DNA from: Schmidtea polychroa
Taxonomy: Eukaryota
Length of the DNA stretch: 64,000 nt
Direction of reading: 5' to 3'
Assembly: GCA_044892525.1 (NCBI GenBank)
Contig: CM097885.1
Coordinates: 101,804,001-101,868,000, forward strand
Positions 1 to 9,450 of this stretch are shown piece by piece. The stretch's first letter is position 1. Each line of letters begins with the position of its first letter. The notes under the pieces are model-generated. The model was given only the letters and a program-made list of their open reading frames with translations. It was not told the origin of the DNA and did not search any database. Both the position numbers and the translations under genes were made by a program.

Positions 1-102
1 TATGTCAAATGGCATGGTTATCAAAACCCATCATGGATATCAGAAAAGGATCTAGTAAAGTATATTTTTATACTATTTTACCAAGCAATAGTTGCCCATT
101 AA
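1..102 (+). CDS. int: C-terminal chromodomain tail of Polinton integrase (partial, frame +1, not in ORF track)
   Basis: Frame 1 reads YVKWHGYQNPSWISEKDL, matching the VKWxGY...SW chromodomain motif. The homologous segment in the relic at 9090-9150 reads VR*HGYQNPTTISASQI. Confidence 0.8.
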   Translation, partial: YVKWHGYQNPSWISEKDLVKYIFILFYQAIVAH

Positions 103-1070
103 TTCATCCAGATAATCAAGCCAGTAAATTCATGGTTAATCTCCAGAATCCGATTTCTTTAAATGGTGACTGGGAAGTTGCACTGCAAGATTTTACATTC
201 GTGTACAATACATTCCCATTTTATAGTCAATGTAAGATTGATTTCAAAAGGAATATTGTGAAAACATGTAGTGGTATCTTTATTATCAGTAATTATGATA
301 AAACATATCATATTCCGAATCAAATATTAGATCCGCATTGCTCTATGTTTTACAAGGATGGATTAAATATCAGTTGTGATTTTAAACCATTTTCAATAAC
401 ATTCGAATATATTGAAGATGCCAGACGAATGGGTTGCAATAAGTTGAAAAATGAAGTTATGGAAACAGAATATTTATTACGCTTTGATCTATTTGAAGCA
501 AACAGTGTAATGAGAGAAATCAAAATATCAGTGTCGTATAATAATGAAGTTGAAGAATCATTCACCATCGCTGACGAATTATATATTGATAAACTTGATG
601 TATTACTTAAATATTTAAAGTTCAATTGTTCACACATATTTAAAAGTTTGGACATTGTGAAAGATTTGTTATTTACCTTCAGTTTGAATGATGACATTTG
701 CGAAGTTACATTTGATAAAAATTTGACAAATACACTTGAATTAGATAAGCAAAAATATCGAGAAAAATCTGCTGGTATACGTAAACCAAGAATACTTGAA
801 CATCATCAACAAATGTTCAATAATAATATTATTGAGCCTATAATAGTCGGTGATTCCAGTGTTCCTCCAATGAAATTGGTATGGATTGGAAAATATGAAC
901 ATGATGAAGTTGTCAATATAAATATAGATAATCCCATGTATTTACCAATTTCAAGCTCATATATAAATAATATAGAAATAAATATTCGTGACGATAATGG
1001 AAAACGTATAAACTTCCCAAAAGACTCAAAAACTCATTTGACACTACATTTTCGTAAAGTAGATGGCTAA
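9..1070 (+). CDS. Polinton/adintovirus minor capsid protein (penton)
   Basis: N-terminal TILPSNS..DNQASKFMVNLQNPISLNGDWEVAL and C-terminal EPIIVGD...YLPI...IEINIRDDNG..F...LTLHFRK are the motifs typical of this family. The true start is probably near 58-66, because 9-57 overlaps the integrase tail. Confidence 0.88.
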   Translation: MAWLSKPIMDIRKGSSKVYFYTILPSNSCPLIHPDNQASKFMVNLQNPISLNGDWEVALQDFTFVYNTFPFYSQCKIDFKRNIVKTCSGIFIISNYDKTYHIPNQILDPHCSMFYKDGLNISCDFKPFSITFEYIEDARRMGCNKLKNEVMETEYLLRFDLFEANSVMREIKISVSYNNEVEESFTIADELYIDKLDVLLKYLKFNCSHIFKSLDIVKDLLFTFSLNDDICEVTFDKNLTNTLELDKQKYREKSAGIRKPRILEHHQQMFNNNIIEPIIVGDSSVPPMKLVWIGKYEHDEVVNINIDNPMYLPISSSYINNIEINIRDDNGKRINFPKDSKTHLTLHFRKVDG

Positions 1071-1431
1071 TTCCAATATTATTAGTATGTATAGTGATAG
1101 CCAATCTGGCGGTGAATTACCATATTTTATTGGTAAACAGTACGGATCAGGTTGGTTAAAAACAATAGGGAGATTTGCACTTCCTATTCTTAAACGTATT
1201 GGTAGTTTTGGTATGAAAACTGCAAAAGATGTGATTATGAATGAACAGAAAATATTACCATCTCTAAAAACAAATGCTTTAGCTGAGTTAGGGAAGGTTC
1301 TACCTGGAGTTGTTGGTATGTTTCAAAAAGATACGCCTCCATCCCCAGCCCCAGCTCCAAAATGTAAAGGACATGGAATATCGCGTATAAACAAACGAAT
1401 GAAAGGACATGGAACTATATTTGCAAAATGA
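1063..1431 (+). CDS. Small Polinton virion core/membrane-active precursor (QxGG / QxGxG-type)
   Basis: Y..QSGG.LPYF.G.QYGSGW..IGRFALPILKRIG: glycine motifs plus a basic amphipathic helix. It sits between penton and hexon, as in Mavericks. Confidence 0.7.
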   Translation: MANSNIISMYSDSQSGGELPYFIGKQYGSGWLKTIGRFALPILKRIGSFGMKTAKDVIMNEQKILPSLKTNALAELGKVLPGVVGMFQKDTPPSPAPAPKCKGHGISRINKRMKGHGTIFAK

Positions 1432-2455
1432 TTTGTGGTAAATTCGAATTATGTATATTTGATAGACCATCGCCCCAGGCTGTAATAGAATTTGGGGCCT
1501 TTGAAGAAGTTTTTCCTATGAATTCAATTACTGATAGTAGAAATGATATCGAGTTTTATATTAATGGTTCGCAAACTGAATATTTAGATTTGAACGATAC
1601 TTTAATGACTGTTCAGATCAAAGTTGTAGATAAAGATAGAAAAGTTTTGGATGCCAATGCGGATGTATTACCAAACAATTTCATGTTTCATACTCTGTTT
1701 AAAGATGCAGTGTTGGGATTTATTAATATCAAGATTGAGGGTGGAAATAATACATTCATTCACAAGGCGTTGAAAGAAACTATTTTAAATTACAATTCCG
1801 ATACTAAAAATACCTGTCTTACACATATGGGTTATGCAGCAACAGATGATGAAAGAAAAAAGTGGGTTAAAGGTTCAAAAGTATTCACTATGTGCTCATC
1901 ATTACAACTTGATTTTATGAATCAACCGAAATATTTACTACCGGGAGTTAATGTACATATTAGATTTAAAAGGTCCGATTCTGCATTATCTCTTACTAGT
2001 GCAACTGGTACACCAATTGCTAAAGGTGCTTCATCATTCTATAAAGAACAAATATTTGGTGACAGAAGAATGCCTAATTTTATTCTGGTAACATTTCAAA
2101 GTGAAACGCAATATAATGGGTCTTATACTGCTTCCACCTCAATTTTCAAAAACTTTGGTGTTACTTCATTGACTTTGTCGAAAAATACTGATTATAGAGA
2201 AACATATACTCAAGATTTCGAAAGTGATAGTTACTGTGCGACATATATGCAGAGTATGGTTAGAAATCTTGGTTATTTAGATAAAAACTTGAATTGCGGA
2301 ATAACTCTAGAAGATTTTAAAAGCAAATACCCATTTTTACATTTGTTTTAGCTCCGGATTTTGATTTAAATCAGAGTCAATTACCACAAAACGGGAATTT
2401 ACGACTGGATATTAAGTTTGCAAAGGTCATTACAGTTATAATATATGAGCAGTAA
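1428..2455 (+). pseudogene. Polinton/adintovirus major capsid protein (hexon, double jelly-roll), disrupted
   Basis: ELCIFD.P..Q..IE...FEEVFP...IEF.I.GS..EYLDL.DT is the typical N-terminus. There is an apparent internal in-frame deletion near 2015 (TGTP|IAKG). A -1 frameshift in the T run at ~2334-2338 hides the continuation FTFVLAPDFDLNQSQLPQNGNLRLDIKFAKVITVIIY, and the C-terminus is truncated at the protease junction. Confidence 0.9.
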
Positions 2456-2705
2456 TCAAGCAATAATCATCAATACTCAATCGTCTCATCTTGGTGGAGA
2501 ACATTGGATTGCTATATATATGAAACCTAGTAATATATTCGTGTTCAATCCAATGGGTTTCTATTATCCTGCTTTGTTGATATCAAAACTTCAAACAATG
2601 GGGAAACCTATCGTGTATAATAAAACTATGTTTCAAAATCCGTTGACCCAAACATGTGGTCAACATTGTTTAGCTTGGTTGTTGTATAAAAAATTTGATG
2701 TTTAA
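2445..2705 (+). pseudogene. Adenain-like cysteine (maturation) protease, N-terminally truncated
   Basis: AIIINT....GEHWIAIY (catalytic His), VFNPMG (canonical FDxxG Asp appears as Asn), FQ...QTCGQHC (oxyanion Gln, catalytic Cys). Confidence 0.85.
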
Positions 2706-2732
2706 TAAATGTATCCTTTCCTTTGTTGTTGT

Positions 2733-2733
2733 G

Positions 2734-2800
<67 letters not shown>
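2733..2800. repeat. (TAT)n microsatellite
   Basis: Direct inspection; it produces the spurious poly-Asn ORF 2626..2853. Confidence 0.97.
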
Positions 2801-2802
<2 letters not shown>

Positions 2803-2922
2803 TTTAATTAAATTTATTTTGAAAAATATTATTATCAAATAAAGACAACACATTCATTGTGCATGCACAGCACAAAGTCATGACTAACAAAGATAGTCAG
2901 TCCCATGAAGTAGATACCATTT

Positions 2923-2977
2923 GATTGGCTGATAGAGGAAAAATAATTTCTGATTGGTTGAGACATGGAAATATAAA
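2923..2977 (+). promoter_or_regulatory. Pol II promoter: two inverted CCAAT boxes (GATTGG at 2923 and 2952) plus TATA box (TATAAA 2972-2977)
   Basis: The boxes are 29 bp apart. TATA lies ~65 bp upstream of the aaaATG at 3037 that starts the spliced gene. Confidence 0.65.
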
Positions 2978-3036
2978 CATTCACAAATTCCAAATTCATC
3001 ACAATTATTCTTAAATTTTACAAATTTCAAATTAAA

Positions 3037-3094
3037 ATGGACGCAGATTTAAACAATATTTTGAATGCCATGTCGATGGGCGAAAATGGTAAAT

Positions 3095-3127
<33 letters not shown>

Positions 3128-3528
3128 TATTATTTTAGAGAATTTATGGTTTCAAGTTACAGAAAACATTTATAATCGAGAAAGTATTATTATTAGTGAT
3201 GATGATACGAGTAAATTTATTTTTTTTATTTTATAAATTTAAAAATTCAATTTAGGTGAATGCGAAATCATTGAAAATGATGACAATAATGGACCCTGTA
3301 AAATAATAGATGATATTGAAAATGATGTCACCAAATCACGTAAATTTATTTTATTTTATTTTATTTTATTTATTAGAAAATTTAGAATATGTAGTTATTA
3401 GCGATGATGATGTTCCAGCTACTAATGATTATGTCCCCACTCGAGAAGAAATTGATATTCCTATGCAGGATGCCCCTATGAGAGATGTCCTCTCTGAAGA
3501 GGAATATGATGCCCCCACTACTATTTGA
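3037..3528 (+). CDS. Spliced acidic poly-SIM-like protein of the Polinton; exons 3037-3088, 3139-3210, 3256-3339, 3377 (or 3386)-3528
   Basis: Three phase-1 introns (50, 45 and 37 or 46 nt), each GTAAAT...TTAG. The spliced frame is open for 119 (or 116) aa: MDADLNNILNAMSMGENENLWFQVTENIYNRESIIISDDDTSECEIIENDDNNGPCKIIDDIENDVTKSQNLEYVVISDDDVPATNDYVPTREEIDIPMQDAPMRDVLSEEEYDAPTTI*. After the TGA the same frame continues EESETDSESQC* to 3564. Confidence 0.8.
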
Positions 3529-3694
3529 GAAGAATCTGAAACGGATTCAGAGTCTCAATGTTAGTTTTTATATATTTATTTTTAACATTATGTTTAAAAG
3601 TTTATTTTTAACATTTATTTTTAATATAATTATTTTTTAACATTTATGTTTAAAAGTTTATTAATATTATTATTTTCGTAAAATATCATGAAAA

Positions 3695-3861
3695 GTTTAA
3701 ATGAAATTATGGTTCCTAATGATAATGAAACTATGAAAATGTTCATGAAAATTTGTTACGGAAATTTAAATGAAACTATGAATGAAACTATGAAATTTAA
3801 ACGAAATTATGGTTCCTAATGATAATGAAACTATGAAAATGTTCATGTAAATTTTTACGGA

Positions 3862-3865
<4 letters not shown>
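3695..3865. repeat. Imperfect tandem duplication (two ~65-bp copies, ~98-bp period) inside the Polinton
   Basis: gaaattatggttcctaatgataatgaaactatgaaaatgttcatg occurs at ~3704 and ~3803. Confidence 0.85.
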
Positions 3866-3892
<27 letters not shown>

Positions 3893-3949
3893 GAAATAAT
3901 TACTCCAAGTAGTTTGCAACTACATCAAGTAATAATAATAATAATATAT

Positions 3950-4164
3950 CTTGTAGTCTGCAGTCAGCATGCAGCTACATCAAACAATTTATTTATTGGG
4001 TAATAATTACCCTCTTTAAATATAGTCAGCATGCAGCTACATCAAACAATTTATTTATTAGGTAATAATTGCCCTTTATTAGATGTAGTCTGCAGTGAGC
4101 ATGCGGCTACATCTCTTTATTATGATTGCCCCAATAAATGTAGTCTGCAGTCAGCATGCAGCTA
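3950..4164. repeat. Tandem array (~65-bp period) containing the imperfect hairpin TGTAGTCTGCAGTCAGCATGCAGCTACA; runs into an N gap
   Basis: Core copies at ~3952, 4024, 4084 and 4140. Confidence 0.85.
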
Positions 4165-4395
4165 NNNNNNNNNNNNNNNNNNNNNNNNNNNNNNNNNNNN
4201 NNNNNNNNNNNNNNNNNNNNNNNNNNNNNNNNNNNNNNNNNNNNNNNNNNNNNNNNNNNNNNNNNNNNNNNNNNNNNNNNNNNNNNNNNNNNNNNNAACT
4301 ATCTTTGAACATAAAGAATATTATAGATTATTATTTTTATGGTTATTAGTTAATCCTTTTTTTTATAATGATAAAAATAGACTAACTAATAACAA

Positions 4396-5370
4396 TTGGT
4401 TATAATATGTTACACCATCTTTTATAATTTATCGTTAACAGGTAAATTATATCGCAAATATTGCCAATCTTCAATAGGCCATTCTAATTTATGCCATAAG
4501 ACCATGAAAAGGTATTATGGTCATAGATTCTATGGCATCAACTACTATATTTGTCCCATATGCGAGACAGCCCAAAATATAAAATATAAGTGTTTTTATA
4601 TGAGCCATAAGACTCATCTTAACCAGTATACAATATATAAAAAGAAACTTTTTAATAAAATAAAAAGTAAAACACCTGTAAATAATACACATGTAAATAA
4701 TAATTCGCGACCTATAACAAAAACTGCAAATAATACAAATAATACACATGTAAATAATAATTCGCGACCTATAACAAAAAATCTCTCTACAAATACTTCG
4801 CCCGTGATTATATCTTCTCCTGTGAATATAACTGCTCCTGTGATAAATCCCTCTGTGATAAAACCTTCTGTGATAAAACCTTCGGTGATAAAACCTTCTG
4901 TGATAAAACCTTCGGTGATAAAACCTTCTGTGATAAAACCTTCGGTGATAAAACCTTCTGTGATAAAACCTTCTGTGATAAAACCTTCTGTGATAAATAA
5001 TAAACGGCCTGCTGTTAGTTTTGGGTCTGGTGTTCCCTCTAAAATTACTAAAATAGATCAAATAAGTGATTTAAATAATATTCAAATAGGTGGTTCAGTA
5101 AATAATAAGAGTTCGATCGACATTGACGATGAACCTGAAATTGAGATAGATGTTAAGGGGGCGAGAACGAATTTACGCTTTAATATGAAAAAGGATAACT
5201 TGGTGCAAATTTCCCTTACAAATAAAATTATAAATAAATTAATTGCCGAAATCGTAGGTATGGGCACAGTTAAAATACAATTCACCGTTTTAATCCAATT
5301 CGAAAAAGATGGGGAAATTAGAGATAATTTTTTCTCTAATAGCGCCGAAGTTTTTTCAGAAATTTTTTAA
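4396..5370 (+). pseudogene. polB: N-terminal (terminal-protein-region) part of protein-primed PolB, separated from 5379 by a frameshift
   Basis: Contains a CPIC..HK.H zinc-finger-like motif, VIKPS repeats, then KIQFTVLIQFEK...FFSN. Restoring one T in the run at 5363-5368 gives EIFLINGMTRLNNK...GSGW, continuous with 5379..7886. Confidence 0.8.
4840..4997 (+). repeat. 15-bp coding tandem repeat GTGATAAAACCTTC(T/G), nine full VIKPS units plus flanking variants
   Basis: Direct count. The third position alternates T/G in the first six units (30-bp higher-order period). Confidence 0.95.
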
Positions 5371-5378
5371 TTAATGGA

Positions 5379-7886
5379 ATGACCAGATTAAATAATAAAA
5401 TTGGAAAGTTCACATATTTGGGTAGCGGATGGCGGGTAGTTAAAATCAAAGAGATAGATTTTATCCTAACTAAATATACACATATGAATAGGCTAGCTGG
5501 ACATAGTTATATCCCCACCCCATCAGCTTTAAATTCTAAAAAAGCAATAGTAAACGTTCAAAACAACGACGATATGTGCTTTATATATAGTATTTTAGCA
5601 CTGTTAAAACGCGATGTTATACGTCATCATAGAAATCGTGTTAGTTCCTATGAAAATTATTTAGGCGAACTGAATTTTGACCCTATAGATGATTGCCCCA
5701 TGAAATTATGTGATATCCCTAAATTTGAAAGGAAAAATAAGGAATTAAATTTGGCAATTAATGTATTAACCTATAGGAAAAACTCAGCTAAGCCTATAGA
5801 AAACGATGATAGTAACTATATCCCCCATCATCACCATTTAGATATTATTCACCGCTCTAAAGTTATAGACGGTCAACCAATTTACTTATTGTTATTAGAA
5901 GATGGTACCGAATTTCACTACACCGCAGTTTTTGATTTGCAAAAGTTAATGAACTCTCACCCTAGTAGCTCCTGTAGTGCTCGAATTCGTGTAAACTGGT
6001 GCCCCACTTGCCTTAATGGATTTAGATATAAAAATGCATTTGATATTCATGTCGCCTTATGCATAAAAAAACAGATAGGAACAACTCTATACACCCTACC
6101 TAAAGATAAAAATTTAATATTTAAAGATTACTCCAAAACAGTCACCCCGCCATTCGTAATATATGCCGATTTTGAGGCAATTTTACCTGAGGATATTACC
6201 CATCACCAAATACACTTGCCAATAACAGCAGGCATGTTTTTAATTAATAATTATAATAATACAAGATTTTATTATGAGTTTGTTGGTGAGGATTGTGTGT
6301 TGTCTTTCCTTCGTAAGGTGGAGGAAATTGCTGTCACAATTGTCCTACCATATTACGAAATGAATGGGCGAAAACCTATTCAAACTTTGTCTTTCGTTCA
6401 ACAGCGGGCATATAAAGATTCCAGAACCTGTTACCTTTGTAAAAAATTCATTAGAGATAGAGTTAGGGACCATTGCCACTTCACAGGCAAGTATCTTGGT
6501 GCTGCTTGTAGGAAATGTAATGTGTCTCGGCGAATTCAGAAACAGTTACCTGTTGTTTTTCACAATTTTAGGGGGTATGATCTCCATCATATTTTGAAGT
6601 ATGATTTGAAAGATTTTACTTCTTGGGAGTTAAATATTATTCCGACCACTACTGAAAAATTCATCTCTCTCATCGCGTACATTAACAAATTGCCTGTTCG
6701 TTTTATTGACAGCATGCAGTTTGTTAATTCATCTTTAGCAAAAGCAGTTAAGACTCTTTCCGATCTGCCTTTAACTTCTTCTGTTTTTGATGGCGCAATT
6801 GTTCGATCCAAAGGTATCTTTCCTTATGACTTCGCCACATCTCTTGAGGTTCTGGAATCGACTCTTGAACTACCTCCTATCTGGGATTCTGTATCTAATG
6901 ATGAGTATGCATTAGCCCAAGTTATTTGGACTCAGCAAAACTGCAATAACATGTTAGATTACATGTTAACTTACCTTAAATTAGACGTGTTTCTCCTCGC
7001 AGATTATTTTCAACAATTCCGTGCAAAGGCCATTGCTTACAATGGTCTTGAACCTCTTAATTTCTACGGAATTCCCGGTATGTCATGGGCTTCAGCGCTT
7101 ATGACATTAACGGAACCCATAGAACTTTTGCAGGACATGGAAATGTTTAATTTCTATGAAGGAGGTATACGGGGCGGGTTAACATTTGTTAACAAACATT
7201 ATGTTGCTAGTTCTGAAGACACAGAACTCTTGTATATTGATATTAATAACTTGTATGGTTGGGCCTTAAGCCAAAATCTGCCTTATGCTGACTCTGTATG
7301 GGTGTATGATGATTTTTATATTATACTTATAAGTAAAGGTTTAGGGTATAAGGAGTGGGTTTTCTTAAGACCTAAGTGTTATAGTTTGTTAGAGGCTAAA
7401 GATCATTTAAAAGCAAAGAGAGTCAAATTGATAGGGACTGAAATTGGACACCAGTCTTATTTAGACTGCTACAACAACAGCGTAGTATATACGGTGCCAC
7501 AGACGAGAATAGGAACACGCAACCACCGGCTCTTTACTTTTAAAAATAATAAAATAGCCTTGTCGAACAACGATGACAAGCGCCTTTGGGTGGGTCCTAA
7601 TACCAGTCTCGCATATGGACATTTTTTAGGAGTCGATGTTCCAGATGTTGACCATGTATCTGAAGTTGGTCCTCTCTTTGGCGGTATGAGCCCGAGCTTT
7701 GATGATGAGGATTGTGATGAATCCCAGAACAATAGAGTCGAAGTTGGTCCTCTCTTTGGCGGCATGAGCCCGAGCTTCTGTGATTCAGACGATAATGTAA
7801 ATATTGAGTATGACAATAATGATATGAATATTAATGTAAATATTGAGTATGACGTCGATATCGACGATGTTTTATTAAGCGATTAA
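5379..7886 (+). pseudogene. polB: Protein-primed family B DNA polymerase of the Polinton with polymerase core deleted
   Basis: Motifs present: GSGW, SYIPTP..L.SKKAIVNVQN.D..CF, ExoI YADFE, endonuclease-VII-like VRDHCHFTGKYLGAACRKCN, ExoII FHNFRGYD, KGIFPY, ExoIII YLKLDV, Pol motif A DINNLYG, and C-terminal LRPKCYS and ALS..DDKR..LAYGH. Motifs B (K..N..YG) and C (DTDS) are absent, with a junction near 7310-7330. Confidence 0.92.
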
Positions 7887-8166
7887 TAAATCTTTTAAAA
7901 CATTATTTTTGCGTTCTATTTTATTATGTAAATAATTTTTATTTTCGAAAACTCGTTATAGTTTTCATTACTTTTTTCATCCTTAGTTACATTTTATAAT
8001 ATTGGTAATTAAACTCTATAAGTATCTAATGATGGAAAAAGTAATATGGTATGTTTTTGTGTATGTTGCAGTCAGCATGCAAATACATGTATTATGGTAT
8101 GTTTTTATGTATGTTGCAGTCAGCATGCAAATAAATGATAATAATAAAAATAATAATAATAATAAT

Positions 8167-8195
<29 letters not shown>

Positions 8196-8210
<15 letters not shown>

Positions 8211-8797
8211 TAATAATATGAGTCATCGTTCTAAAAATATGTGGCATCGATTACATAATAGTTCTAAAAATATGAGACATCGTTCTAAAAATATGAGGCA
8301 TCGTTCTAAAAATATGAGGCATCGATTACGTAATAGTTCTAAAAATATGAGGCATCGTTCTAAAAATAATGAGCTATCGATTAATAAATTCAGATGATGG
8401 AAACAATAACTTGTTGCATGACCAAAACCATGTCACCGCTAGATCACTAATAATATTTTGAATAATAATAATAATTTCACTATGAAAAAGATGGTGGTCA
8501 TCAATTGTTAATAACTATACCAATAATAATGATGATGATAATATTTATATATCAGTAGATAGACTGGGCTTTAAAATGAGCTATCGATCGATGAAATAAA
8601 ATGATGAGAACGATAACTTTTGGACAAACGAAAACCAGGGGCCCGCTGGACCACTAATAATATGAGGCATCGTTCTAAAAATATGTGGCATCGATTACAT
8701 AATAGTTCTAAAAATATGTGGCATCGTTCTAAAAAATATAATTTTTCAGACCGGGGGGGGAGGGGTATGTGGTCTAGCGGGCCCCTATCCATCTACT
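8196..8797. repeat. Polinton subterminal/TIR region with 21-bp (AATATGAGGCATCGTTCTAAA) and 33-bp tandem units
   Basis: Arrays at ~8215-8368 and ~8659-8735, a G-run at 8753-8765, and terminal CATCTACT at 8790-8797. Confidence 0.8.
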
Positions 8798-8829
8798 AAA
8801 CTCTCTTGATAATATACATGTAACAATCA

Positions 8830-9450
8830 TTATTTAATTTCTTTATTGGCATTTCATCAACTTCGGGTTCTATATTGCAAAAAGTGCTAACTGAATTTGG
8901 TGCAATATTTTTATATTCGATCTTAGAATTACTGTAAAATGGAAATGTGTTGTACACAAATGTCAATCAAAGCAACTTCTCACATGTTGTCCAGGTGATT
9001 GGGATTTTGTAACTCTACAATAAATTTACTAGCGTTATTATTAATGGACAACTATTGCTTGGTAAAATAGTGAAAAAACATTTTTCTATTCATTCAATTT
9101 GAGATGCTGATATGGTAGTTGGGTTTTGATATCCATGTCACCTAACCTATAATTGTTTCTCCTTACCTTTATATTTTGTTATAAAAATCTTTTCAATTCT
9201 GAAGACAGATGGTGTAGGAATAACTTGCAGTTCCTGTTCGTAAAGTTTACACTGGATTTCATTATCATCATTATCTTTAATAACATACATATCATGATTC
9301 TTTTGTCATGTTTTATTAGATAATAAACATCTTCCAATAAAAACTTCATCTAGTCAATTACATGAAGGTCTAGATATATTACGAAATGTGATTTAGTAAA
9401 GAGCAATATGAAACCTTTCTTTCAGAAAAATCTCTAACTGTCTAACTTTA
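8830..9450 (-). pseudogene. Older Polinton relic (copy 2): integrase C-terminus (9090-9450) followed by penton N-terminus (8830-9081)
   Basis: The minus strand reads N*LDEVF...YVIKDNDDNEIQCKLYEQELQVIPTPSVFRIEKI...VR*HGYQNP, then FTILPSNSCPLI..NASKFIVELQNP...*EVAL..TFVYNTFPFYS. The latter is clearly homologous to ORF 9..1070. Confidence 0.85.

Larger units (their letters stand above)
1..8797 (+). mobile_element. Polinton/Maverick (adintovirus-like) endogenous DNA virus, right part (copy 1), decayed
   Basis: Gene series integrase tail-penton-small core protein-hexon-cysteine protease-accessory gene-pPolB, followed by subterminal tandem repeats. The end reads ...GGGCCCCTATCCATCTACT (reverse complement AGTAGATGG..., the AGTAG-type Polinton terminus). 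The left end lies outside the window, so the 6-bp TSD (candidate AAACTC, 8798-8803) cannot be verified. Confidence 0.93.

Noticed and set aside
2626-2853. Poly-Asn ORFs here and at 29370..29564
   Set aside because: They derive from (AAT)n microsatellites.
3950-4164. Palindromic ~28-bp repeats with ~35-bp intervals (CRISPR-like geometry)
   Set aside because: The intervening sequences are similar to each other (tandem repeat), and there are no cas genes.
4489-5061. 190-aa minus-strand ORF with (HRRFY)n repeats
   Set aside because: It is the antisense shadow of the 15-bp VIKPS repeat in PolB, with no independent coding evidence.
8196-8740. 21/33-bp repeat arrays resembling a CRISPR array
   Set aside because: Units are head-to-tail with no unique spacers, the context is eukaryotic, and they lie in a Polinton subterminal region. 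ORF 8002..8397 is a by-product.
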